64,000 nt of DNA, from NCBI GenBank assembly GCA_002633005.1, contig NMRA01000418.1, positions 307,173 through 371,172 of the forward strand, given 5' to 3'. The notes under the pieces were generated by a model that saw only the letters and a list, made by a program, of their open reading frames with translations, was not told the DNA's origin and did not search any database. Positions within the stretch are counted from its first letter, which is position 1; each line of letters starts with the position of its first letter. This DNA comes from Phoronis australis. Lineage: Eukaryota; Animalia; Phoronida. Shown here one piece after another: positions 1-11,513 of the stretch. The position numbers and the translations under genes are program-made.

Positions 1-708
1 GGATAATGATAAGTAATTGCCACAATTAATGAAAGTGATGGCAGTGAATTTATTGCAGAAGCGTTGGAAATGTATGTTGCTCATATGTAGGTTGTAATGG
101 CAAATCTTATTTTTTAAGTTCCAAATGGTTAACAGTATTGTTCTTTTGGTAGGAGTTCAGAATATAGTTGTATGTTTTCTAGCCAAGGGGGGCTGTTATA
201 ATTTTAATTTTTCTCTTTTTGAGTAATTTTCCAACTAATGTCATAATATTTAACACTTTTCTTGTGCAGTAACTTAAAATGAAAAAGATCAAATCAAGTT
301 ATCGTTCGTTTTTTTCTAGTTATGATGGCTTTTGAAGATAGGTTTTCTGTGCCAAATTTTGGAAAAAATCAGGTGTTTGAGGTCAAATTTAACAAAAACG
401 TGAAAGTCAAAGCTTGGGAACTTTTTAGATTCTTTAAGTATAATACTTAATTACCTTAAAAACACCAGAATTACCTTGCCTCCAAAAAGTAGCCACAGAA
501 GTGATTTTCTAGACTTCCTAGAGTCTAATGGACTAATACATATAGGTTTTCCCACATACATAGGGATAATATTGCCATTTCCTATCGAGAATTTATTTCA
601 TCTGGAAAGTCCCAAAGAGACCGGAATTATCGCCTGAGGGGCGACTATTCTCCAAAATCCAATCGGGCTCTAGAATACGGAGATAACGACTTCGCCATGT
701 AATAATCT

Positions 709-1627
709 GCATGTATGTGTTTAGGTATGTATATGGCATGTGAGTGTGTGTATGTGTGTACTTTGTTTGACGTCCAGATATGATTTCTACTTTTTGGGCT
801 AAAATCTTTGTATTTCCTCGGGTCATTGAAGGGCTTAAAATCTAGTATTGTATATCGAAATACCGAAACAACAGCAGCGGCAGTCAAATTTTATCACCCG
901 TAAAAACTGTCCAGCGGTATGTTAAAAGGTTACTAAACCCCTGTTTTGCTGATTTGAACCAATTCTCGTTATATCACCTGCGAATGCGTCATTGGCGTCC
1001 TACAGGAGTAGTAAGCGCATTATACCCTGTCTCAGAGATGAAATATCATGGTTCTATATGGATGTTATTCTCATAAGTAAGTAGTTTAAAGCGCAAGTCA
1101 CGCTTGTCGAATAGCAGACTTTGTCAGTACGGAGTTCTTGAATTTATTTCCAAATTGTTGAGGGTTGNGCATGTATGTGTTTAGGTATGTATATGGCATG
1201 TGAGTGTGTGTATGTGTGTACTTTGTTTGACGTCCAGATATGATTTCTACTTTTTGGGCTAAAATCTTAGTATTTCCTCGGGTCATTGAAGGGCTTAAAA
1301 TCTAGTATTGTATATCGAAATACCGAAACAACAGCAGCGGCTTTCAAATTTTATCACCCGTAAAAACTGTCCAGCGGTATGTTAAAAGGTTACTAAACCC
1401 CTGTTTTGCTGATTTGAACCAATTCTCCTTCTATCACCTGCGAATGCGTCATTGGCGTCCTACAGGAGTAGTAAGCGCATTATACCCTGTCTCAGAGATG
1501 AAATATCATGGTTCTATATGGATGTTATTCTCATAAGTAAGTAGTTTAAAGCGCAAGTCACGCTTGTCGAATAGCAGACTTTGTCAGTACGGAGTTCTTG
1601 AATTTATTTCCAAATTGTTGAGGGTTG
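709..1627. repeat. Near-identical ~460-bp direct duplication split by an N (709-1168 vs 1170-1627); probable scaffold-join/haplotype overlap
   Basis: Both copies run from GCATGTATGTGTTTAGG to TTGTTGAGGGTTG with only a few substitutions; a single n at 1169 sits at the junction. Confidence 0.85.
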
Positions 1628-2952
1628 ACGATGATTACAGACAATTTTTTGTTTCTCAATTATGGATTGGAAAGACATTTTTAGTATCTGGTATGCCAAA
1701 ATCAAAATAACAAGTTTTGTTTTCCTTTTAACTCGCATATCTCGAGTAATGAGAATTTTTGGTCAATACATGGACACAACCAATCACATCATTATTCATC
1801 CTGCACTGTGTTTAGCATGATAAGTCGTGTGATATTGCTGCTCGTGTGTTATGGCATGTGTTAAACAATGGCAATGCCTGTGTTGGTTATGACAACTCAG
1901 TAACTGATCAAGCCGTGGCTCTATTCACTTTCGGGACATCGGAGCAGCGCCCACATGGAACGCGAAGCTCGCATGGTGGTGGACATGCCACAATGGCGCA
2001 GGGTACGTTCTTTCGTCACACCCAAGTCCGTGGATGTCAGACACTTTCAACTGAAGTTAATTTTATTCTATTATTTCGTTTTTGAGATGTTGAATTCCGG
2101 GTGGTGGTATGCAGTGATATAAAAGAAGGTTCGATGTTTGTTCAAAACGGTATTCACTCATCAGAGCACACTTAAATTAAAATGGTGAACTCATGAAATA
2201 TCTAAAAAGCTGGCGATTGTCAACTCAAGGACATAATTATTTTTTTCAGAAACTAGTCATCAAATCAAATCTGCCCATGTCATTCACAACACTTTGACAC
2301 AGTCATGTTAACCGGTCATGGGTTTTAGGCAAAATTTCCATTCTGAAAGGTACATTGCTAGGAAAAATCCCTTTGAAACGATTCCATGGATAGCTGATTC
2401 ACTCGGCAGAGTAGGTAGAGAAGCATAATGATTTGCATTTTGTGAAAACTTTCGGGAGATTTGTATAGATCAATGAGATGAGCTGACAACTACAGCTTGT
2501 TGCACATGTAGCTCGCTGAATCGAGGGCTGCATGTAAACAGACGTGCGTGTTCAGTTGGTGACAGCCTTTTCAACAGAGTCGCCTCCAAGAAAGGAAACT
2601 CAAGACTCATATATTTTGCTGCATACACAGTCAGATTTTTTAAACTAAGCATTTTTGTCGACTTGCAGTAGGCCTACCCGTAATCGTAAACAGGAAAATC
2701 ATCAGCAAAAACTTTTAAAATTCAGCGAAAAAGTCAAAAAGTTGGCGATTTTTGGAAAACAGACAATCCCCAGTTCCTTTTTTAGAAAGTTATGTTGCCG
2801 TTATGCGACTGTATATATTGACTGAAATTGAGCACACTCTGAATAAAGCTTCCTTGTCTCAATGAGCTTCAACAACCATAACTCAGAGGTTGTACCTGGG
2901 TTACATATAGAACGTGTTATCTGGGTGTGGTATACGGAATACCTTTAGGAAA

Positions 2953-3040
2953 GGTACAGCTTCGCAAAAACATTCTCTAAAATGGAGTTGCCATAAAGGG
3001 TACAGCTTCGCAAAAACATTCTCTAAAATGGAGTTGCCAT
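2953..3040. repeat. Short tandem duplication (~45-bp period)
   Basis: GGTACAGCTTCGCAAAAACATTCTCTAAAATGGAGTTGCCAT occurs twice in tandem. Confidence 0.9.
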
Positions 3041-3199
3041 GAAGTTTAATATTTCAACGTTTAACAGATCAATGGGTGCATCACTTGAAGGAATATCAGC
3101 ATCAACAGCAAATTACAAAAAAATATGTAGCAAAAGTTCTAACTATAAAAATTCAAGCGAAGCCAACATAACGAAAAAAACATGAATTGCCATATCGAC

Positions 3200-3800
3200 T
3201 AGAGAAACAACAAGCAAAACACTTACAGTAAATTGCAATAACAATTAACACGTTCATCAAACAAGTAACATTTGAACATCACACCAACAAAAGATAACAC
3301 GCATGTAAAAACAAAACCAGTTCACGAAAAACAAATGTTAGGTTTTCCAAAGGAGTATTTTATATTTGCGGTATTGTGATACCGTTAATGAGATGGAATG
3401 TCTAAATGAAGATCAAGCGAAATAGATTGAATCTCAAAAACAATCAACATCTTCATCAAACAAACAATAAACGAACAATATATCAACAAAGATACGACGT
3501 ATGTAAAAACACAATTCGGTTCACTAAAAGTAAATATTACGTTCATTAGGCAAAAGGCATTTTGCTGTGCACTACAATATAATACTGCCTCAACATAAAG
3601 TTAACATACTTTACTGCCCGTCTTCGTGACAGTTGCAGACTATCAATGAGTTGTAATGGCCAAATAAATAACAAGCAAAACACAATCAATTCTAATAAGT
3701 GATTAACACGTTCACTTATCAAGTAACCATGGAACATCATCAGGTATGTAAAAAATAAAACCCGATTCATGAAAAACACTTGATAGGTTATGAAGTCATC
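3200..3800 (-). repeat. About three diverged ~200-250-bp A-rich tandem units in the putative 3' UTR/downstream region of gene A; paralogous array at ~45780-46380
   Basis: Recurring AACACGTTCAtcAAACAAgTAAcatttGAACATcA...GTAAAAAcAAAACC.GTTCAcgAAAA modules at ~3245, ~3445 and ~3705, and at ~45810, ~46070 and ~46320. Confidence 0.6.
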
Positions 3801-3959
3801 AAGCAACTGCAACATTTCGCAGAGATTTGTAAAAAATGATACCGTTTTAACTTTAGAATTCATCGTTTTCTTCCTTCGCGAAGGTTATGGTGAAGAAAAT
3901 CAGCTGGAATGCTCAAAATAAAAATTCGCACAGAGCCTGTCTCTGATAACTTCAAAGCT

Positions 3960-4045
3960 TTAAAAGGTGGTAGAGATCATCGCCATCACAACAAAGGCTG
4001 CCCCGAGGACGAGTTTGTTTGGAATGTCGTCGCGTCCAGCCGACA
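3960..4045 (-). CDS. Gene A terminal coding exon: GPI-anchor signal (V)SAGRDDIPNKLVLGAAFVVMAMISTTF*
   Basis: Acceptor tcttcttgcag|, phase 1, 86 nt to TAA. Small residues SAG, polar spacer and hydrophobic tail. Near-identical peptide in the paralog at 46547-46632. Confidence 0.85.
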
Positions 4046-4625
4046 CTGCAAGAAGACGTCAATGACATGTACAATTATTTTCACTAAATTAGCTGGAATC
4101 AGAACATCGTAAGAAATACTTTGCCAGGTAACCCTCACACTGTACACAATAATAGGCAAGCGACCTTAATCCTGCTCCCATCTTAATACCATATACATGT
4201 ACATTAAAGAGAAGGATGAGTTCTGTCAGCTTCTAACAAACCGAATTCTATTCGAGGTTTATATATTAAGGCTTTGTTCGTTTTTATGACGTGCAGTGAA
4301 TTTCAGTAAACTAAAATTAACACAGGGTGATCATAATTAAAGATATTTTTTGACAAAGGCCAGTGGTTGAGTAAGGTTAGAATTTATAAGGGACTGGAAA
4401 CTGCAGAACGTCCAACATGTTGTAGAGACACCTCAAGTTTGATATGGTACCTGAACCAGGTTGAAAGGGACACAATCTTTTGGCAGCGTGCAGGTCAGAC
4501 TTACCCATACAACTATTGATCTGAGACAATACTGAGGTATAAAGTATAAGGATAGAGTGTGTTGTTAGGGCCAGTGTGAGGTACTTGAAGACAAAGGTCA
4601 TGTTTTTCCACAATGCCTTGCTTAC

Positions 4626-4679
4626 CTCAAACAGATCAGATGTGATCAAGGCATTGGATGCACTTGAAGATATAGGAGA
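4626..4679 (-). other. Candidate 54-nt alternative cassette exon of gene A with an in-frame stop (VSYIFKCIQCLDHI*)
   Basis: gatttttag| acceptor and GAG|gtaagc donor; splice sites also present at the homologous position in gene B (47083-47138). Confidence 0.4.
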
Positions 4680-5898
4680 CTAAAAATCGGAAAGATTCTC
4701 CTAAATCTGCCTATGGGATATCAACAACCATTAGTGATGAAGAAGCCGAAACTTGATACACTCGCGGGTTATTGCCATACCGTTTGGTACTCATCATTTT
4801 CATTGTTCTCATTTGTATGGTTTTTAATGCATCCAGATAGACACTGGCACACTCTTGTATTCATGCAAATGTTTGAAATAGATAAAAAGAAAATTGATCT
4901 ATTTATTGTATTGATGCAATCATTTCGATATCTATTACAACATGTGTACATCAATTATTTGTTAGTAAATAATATTTAATTTGTTAGATTAATTTTTTGC
5001 AGTGCAAATATATTCTTGGCCAAACGAGTGAATGTCACGAACGAAAATTATGATCAATTAATGTCATTGAAAGTTAATTTGCGATGTAACTACACGTTAA
5101 AAGTAATGTATACCGTTAGTAATTAATTGTTGCCCTTAAAAGTTAACTTGTGCAACAATTAATAACATACACAACAAAGAATCAATAAACAAAGCTTAAA
5201 CCTAATGTATGCAATTTAAAGTTAATTTACGTTATTCTTGAGAATTAAATTTGCACAATTTGCGTGGCAAACGATACTTTTTAACTCTGTCACATCTGTG
5301 CAAAACCTCATTTCAGCTACACCACTTGAATGGCAAACCCTTTTCTTAGTTAGTTATCATCTTCAATAAGTTACCAGCAATGCCAATAACCTTTCACCAG
5401 GCACAAAACCTCATTCACATTTTTCACAAGTTGAATTTTATGCTGGCCAAATGTAGATACCTGACCGAGAAATTGATTAAAGCTGGTAAAACAGCAGGAG
5501 GAGATTGAGAGACGGACTAAACGCATCAGAGTAAAAACGAATGCATACAGATTTGGACCTTTAGAAGAAATGCCCTTCAGAGAATAAGCCTTTCAGAATT
5601 AGAGGACGATACAATTCCGATTTCCCAATTCCTTAAAACATATCCTCACCTGGAAAAATATTAAAAAATGTCAAAATAATTTGAGCAGTCCTAAAACAAC
5701 GAGACACACCTTACACGCATGCCTGCTGTTATCCATAAGTGACCACAGGACAATTGATCAAGAAACATTGAGTTCGTAGAACATTTGCAGTTTGAATATC
5801 TTAAATGCTTTTGATAACAATGTTATTAAAGATTCACATCAAAGTGGTATATTAGTGAACAAAATTAATTTTTGAACTAGAGAAAAATACAGACATAC

Positions 5899-5934
5899 CC
5901 CCACCTTCTCCGTTTTCGGTAGGCTTAAAGGTAA
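5899..5934 (-). CDS. Gene A stalk microexon (V)TFKPTENGEGG
   Basis: ggtttgcag|36 nt|gtatgt; phase 1-1; no stop. Confidence 0.85.
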
Positions 5935-6486
5935 CTGCAAACCATAATTTAGTTTTACAAAAACTATTCTCATCAAACTGGAGTCTCCACACAAATGGAA
6001 ACCCAAGTGGCAAAAAGTGCTGTGCGTAAATGAAACACGAACTTTTAATACGTTTTGCCCAGTGTTGATAGAATGAGTTCAGAGGGTGCTGTTGACATCT
6101 ACCTTGTGCTACAGCAGTCTATGACGCAAAATTCGAGTGTCAACAAGGTAAAACTCGACAATCGTTACAGTTCACTTGACCCCACTAAAGTGTTTCGTGG
6201 GTTCAGGTTGTTGATCACGACAACCACTGTGTTACTGGTTCCTATGTAAAACTTAAACAGTGAGACTACTCACGTACATGTACAGGATCCCAATTGTGAG
6301 ACGTCATTCAATAGGAATGTTTGAGCATTTATGTACAGGTAGCTTCCTTTTTGCTTCCCAGCGTTTCTTATTTCTCACTTGGTCAAACACACCTTTGAAA
6401 ACGACATATGGTCTGCCTACTTACATGTATATGATCTGTGTTCAGTGATCAAACTTAACTTTGAGTTAGAGAAAAATATTTCATAC

Positions 6487-6522
6487 CTCCACCTTTTCCA
6501 TTTTCTGTTGGCTTAACGGTAT
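6487..6522 (-). CDS. Gene A stalk microexon (D)TVKPTENGKGG
   Basis: gatttacag|36 nt|gtatga; phase 1-1. Confidence 0.85.
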
Positions 6523-6707
6523 CTGTAAATCATAATTTAGTTGCACCATGGATATTCTTATACAATGTACGTATCTATACTTCAAAGTTGAGGCTTTAGA
6601 GAAATGAAAACGCAAGCGGTGAAATTTTATAGAGTGTGTACACATACTTCTGCCAGTATGCTATGTCTTCAGTGAACAGAGTTACTTTGTTTGAAAAAAT
6701 GACGTAC

Positions 6708-6743
6708 CTCCACCAACTCCATTTTCAGTTTGATTAATGGTAA
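6708..6743 (-). CDS. Gene A stalk microexon (V)TINQTENGVGG with a weaker AAG acceptor
   Basis: ggttttaag|36 nt|gtacgt; phase 1-1; contains an N-Q-T sequon. Confidence 0.65.
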
Positions 6744-7202
6744 CTTAAAACCAAAATTTATTTTTACAAGTGTGCAATTTAAAGTTAATTTACACTATTC
6801 GTGAGACTTAATTTTGCACAATTTACGTGGCAAACGATACTTTTTAACTCTGTCACATCTGTGCAAAGCCTCATTTCTGCGACACCACTTGCATGGCAAC
6901 CACGTTTCCAATTCTTAGTTAGTTATCATCTTCAATAAGGCCCCTGTGAATGTCAATAATCTTTAAGGGTACCCCAGGCTGGCAGCGGATTTGTGAAGCA
7001 AACCAAGGTTTATGTGTAGCCGCAACATCTTATTCACGTATTTTCATGACTTGAATTTTTTGCTGGCCAATTGTTCAAACCTAACCAAAAAATTAATTAA
7101 AGCTGGTGAAACAGCAAAATGAGACTGGGAGATGAAGCCAATCCCTTTTCAAAGTGATTATTAAACCGGACAAATTGTTTACATAAATTTTGATGCCGAA
7201 CT

Positions 7203-8459
7203 CCTGTTGTAAGCAAACACGCATAATTTTCACAGATCACTGTTTAGTGTGTGGAAACTGTGGCTAAGCTCATCATTGCGAATCAAGGTAGTTGGGAAAG
7301 ACTCAAGTAGTCCTGTATCTGCATGGCGTATATGTACTGTGTAAGAAAAAGAAATGAAACTATGAAACTTGGAAATAGAAATACATCAAAATATGAAGAT
7401 ATAAAACAAAATAAAACATGTTTCTGTAACTTAATTACTACAGACTATATTGTATTCGTATCGAGAAGTATAGCAGTGTAAGAGATCACGTTTTGGACTA
7501 CATGCACATGTCAACTAGTCAGAGTAAAAAGGAATAGATACGCATTTGGTATCCACTTAGTGTCAAGAATGAATGAACCTTCAGAGGAAATGCCCTTCAG
7601 AGCATAAGCCTTTCAGAATTAGGGCACGATACAATTCCCAATTCCTTAAACCGTTTACGCAACATTTGGAAAAATATATACAAGATGTCAAAATAAATTT
7701 AGCAGTCTTAAAACAATGCGACAAACTTTAGACACATGTCTGCTGTTATCCATAAAAGTGACCACAGGACAGTTGATCAAGAAATATTGAGTTCGTAGGA
7801 AAAGACTTGCAGTTTAAACAACTTAAACGNCCCTGTTGTAAGCAAACACGCATAATTTTCACCGGCCACTGTTTAGTGTGTGGAAACTGTAGCTAAGCTC
7901 ATCATTGCGAATTAAGGTAGTTAGGAAAGACTCAAGTAGTCCTGTATCTGCATGGCGTAAATGTACTGAATAAGAAAAAGAAATGAAACTATGAAACTTG
8001 GAAATAGAAATGCATCAAAATATGAAGATAAAAAACAAAATAAAACATGTTTCTGTAACTTAATTACTACAGACTATATTGTGCTCGTATCGAGAAGTAT
8101 AGCAGTGTAAGAGATCACGTTTTGGACTACATGCACATGTCAACTAGTCAGAGTAAAAAGGAATAGATACGCATTTGGTATCCACTTAGTGTCAAGAATG
8201 AATGAACCTTCAGAGGAAATGCCCTTCAGAGCATAAGCCTTTCAGAAGAAGGGCACGATACAATTCCCAATTCCTTAAACCGTTTACGCAGCATTTGGAA
8301 AAATATATTACAAGATGTCAAAATAAATTTAGCAGTCCTAAAACAATTCGACAAACTTTAGACACATGTCTGCTGTTATCTATAAAAGTGACCACAGGAC
8401 AGTTGATCAAGAAATATTGAGTTCGTAGGAAAAGACTTGCAGTTTAAACAACTTAAACG
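7203..8459. repeat. Near-identical ~630-bp direct duplication split by an N (7203-7829 vs ~7832-8459); probable assembly overlap
   Basis: Both copies run CCTGTTGTAAGCAAACACGC...AACAACTTAAACG with few substitutions; n at 7830. Confidence 0.85.
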
Positions 8460-8551
8460 CTTTGATCAGAAAATGTTATGAATAGTTCTCGTGTATGTGG
8501 CATATTAGTGAACACAATTAATTTTTGAACTAGGGAAAAATAAAGACACAC

Positions 8552-8587
8552 CCGCACCTTCTCCGTTTCCAGTAGGCTTAAAGGTAC
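8552..8587 (-). CDS. Gene A stalk microexon (G)TFKPTGNGEGA
   Basis: ggtttgcag|36 nt|gtgtgt; phase 1-1; flanking introns homologous to those of the 5899 microexon. Confidence 0.75.
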
Positions 8588-9331
8588 CTGCAAACCATAA
8601 TTTAGTTTAATGCAATAATTATTCTCATCAAAGTGGAGTATCCACACAAATGGAAAAGCAAATTGGCGAAAATTTACTGTGTGCAAGTGAAACAAGAAAA
8701 CTTAATGTAATGTGCCCAGTCTTGATAGAAAGAGTACACAGGGTACCCTTGACATCTTTATTGTGCTAAAGCTGTGAAAAAAATTCAAGTGCCTAAGTAA
8801 AACTCGCGACAATCGTTACAGTTTACCTGACCCACCCTAAAGTGTTCCCTGGGGTTAAGGTAGTTGATCACGACAACCACTGTGTCAAACGTAATCAGTG
8901 AGACTACTCACATACAGGCTCCCAATGATGAGACGTCTCTCAATAGGAACGTTTGAGCATACAGGCTGGAGTTGTAGTAGGTTATTGTTGACAGATCTTG
9001 TACCATGCATTGAGGTGTGAATCGAATATTATGTGATATTATGTTTTATACCTAGTGTTGTACAGCACACATCATGGATTTTTGTCCAACCGGTCGTCTA
9101 GGAGTCGTAGACCGGCCGTCGACCGGTCGGTAAATTTGCCTGAGGATGGTTTTTGATTAATATAGAAATTTCGTTTTCATAGCAGTGAAGTCTCGAGTCC
9201 TCTCGTTTTCCATGTCCTTCTTCCAATTTAAAAAATAACACTAACCTCGTGAAAGCAGCATATGTCCTCCCTTCTATTAAGTTATGTCTTCAGTGAACAA
9301 AGTTAATTTTATACTAGAAAAAATGACATAC

Positions 9332-9367
9332 CTCCACTACCTCCATTTTCAGTTGGATTAATTGTAT
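9332..9367 (-). pseudogene. Inactivated stalk microexon (D)TINPTENGGSG with the acceptor AG lost
   Basis: Donor |gtatgt intact and frame open, but upstream reads ggtttatatat| instead of ggtttgcag|. Confidence 0.7.
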
Positions 9368-9589
9368 ATATAAACCATCAGCTTTACAAGAATTATTCTT
9401 ATACTTGAAAGTTGAATCTCCACAAAAATGGAAACACAAGTGGAGAAAACGTTCTAAAAGTAAATAACAAGAACAACGCCAGTATTGGAATGCGCCCACG
9501 AATGCCCTGCAAACAGTGTGCTAATTTGTATCCAAAGATGGCCATTACATGTTGAATCTATCTGAAAATGGCAACATCAATTTTTCTTT

Positions 9590-10330
9590 AATAGAAAGAT
9601 GAAAGTCGTCCGTTGTCAATTCATGAAAATACACTTATTAAATTTATGAAGGATACTGCATTGGATTTAGGACATATAGCTATAGAACTGAAAAAGAAAA
9701 CTGCCACTAAGACGTCCCACATCAGTCGAAAGCTATATCTCAAGTTTCATAAATATCCGTCAACGAACTTCAGAAAAACATAGGAAGACGGGAAAAATGA
9801 AATTGCCACAGCAATCGTCAGATAGGTCTGCAAGTTGTTGTCGTCCTTAGTCAGCTTCACATACAGCATCTAATTACACTTCAGAAATTTAACAAAGTTC
9901 CTGCAATGGCATAAACACACCACTAGGACCCCAAAAAGTACATGAAGTTATGGGAAAAATCATTGCCAGCCGCCAGCGAAGGAGAATATATGCTACTTTT
10001 TAAATCTTTAAAGTGGTTTGGTAGTCACAATAGCACACGTCAAAAAACAGTAAAAATGGTCATTAAGTGGCGCAAAATACCTTGAATCAAACGGAAAATT
10101 TTAGAAAGGAATCATCTCACTAATAAATGCTTATCTTATGAAAATCCGTTGAGATCAACTTAAAAAAATAACCAATAGGGATACATCTGTAGTCCAATCT
10201 GTCTGAAAATTGTCGTCCTCCTTCGTCAACATCACATACATATACTTGCTAAATTTTATCAAGTTTCCGAAAAGCGTTTACGATATGCAGGCTTAGATGC
10301 CAACATCAAAAAACTGCCACTGTGTACCTG
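9590..10330. repeat. Diverged tandem repeats (AAACTGCCAC / GTCGTCC...CACATAC modules), probably TE-derived
   Basis: Motifs recur several times at roughly 130-300-bp spacing. Confidence 0.4.
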
Positions 10331-10505
10331 AGCATGATTAGTGATTAACATCCATACGTCGTTTTTCTGCTGCACAATAGCTTCCCTTTAGCTTTGGCAG
10401 CATTTCTCACTAATCCCATTTGGCCAAACACCAATATTATTCTCGAGAAAACGATACATGGTCTGCCCACTATCAAGCTGTCTTCAGTGAACAAAGTTAA
10501 CATAC

Positions 10506-10541
10506 CTCTTCCTCCTCCGTTTTCAGTTGGTTTTATGGTAT
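10506..10541 (-). CDS. Gene A first stalk microexon (D)TIKPTENGGGR
   Basis: ggtttgcag|36 nt|gtatgt; phase 1-1, compatible with the phase-1 end of the Ig exon at 15908. Confidence 0.85.
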
Positions 10542-10789
10542 CTGCAAACCATAATTTAGTTGTACAATAAATATTCTTACGTATCTATAAGTCAAAGCTG
10601 AAGCGCAAGACAGTTACGTCTCAGAAAGATCAGGAATAGCATGTCTTCTTATTCAAAATTCTACTAAACCAAAAGAAATGAGAATTAAGTGCCAAAGGTG
10701 TTCAACATTTTTTGTCCTAATACCAAAAAAATTGTTCATCAGTTGTTAGAGCAGCCAGGACTGGGAATCCTGACATGTCTGACACAGTC

Positions 10790-11456
10790 ATAGCAGGCTG
10801 AGAATTTTACACGTTTGACACGCTCTGAAAATGTGGACTATTGGAACAGTGTGTCAAACGTGCCAAACGTGTAAAACGTGACGTTCCAAACGTGTAAAAT
10901 ATTGCGTGTCAAAAGTGGCGAAAACGTGGCAAAAACGTGTTATTTTCGTTCTAATACTCCACGATTGACACGTTTAGCGTGTAAAACATGGCGCTTTTGC
11001 CACGCTAGCGTGTCAAACGTGGCGTTTGTGCAACACTGGCGTGTTTAACGTGGCCCTTTTGTCATGCCAGCGTGTCAAACGTGACGCTTTTGCCATGCTA
11101 GCGTGTCAAACGTGGCACTTTTGCCACGCTAGCCTGTAATCTGGGTCATTGCCATGGTAGCGAGCCCACATTTAGCCTCAGGATGTGGACAAGCCATTTC
11201 TTGTTCATAGCAGCTCACCATCCACCATGGGAATCCATACTGAAAGCAAATGTATAAAGAGATTTCTTCTTTAAGTCACTGTTTATTGTGAAATATAAGT
11301 AATTCAAAACGTGATGATACAGAATCTTTAAAAGGATAACGTAATTATCTAATTCTTACAACAGACTGTTGTCACTAAATTTCATTGCATCTACAATAAC
11401 ATTAACAGAGAAATAAGAAAATGGTTCAGCATACATGTTCAAAGTGCTTAAGCTGC

Positions 11457-11513
<57 letters not shown>

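Noticed and set aside
593-1286. Repeated ORFs MTRGNTKILAQK...
   Set aside because: They arise from the N-split duplication and a TG-rich tract; no coding features.
5860-10560. Regularly recurring ~36-bp units as a CRISPR array or simple satellite
   Set aside because: Eukaryotic context; units are diverged, hundreds to thousands of bp apart, and bounded by splice signals, so microexons explain them better.
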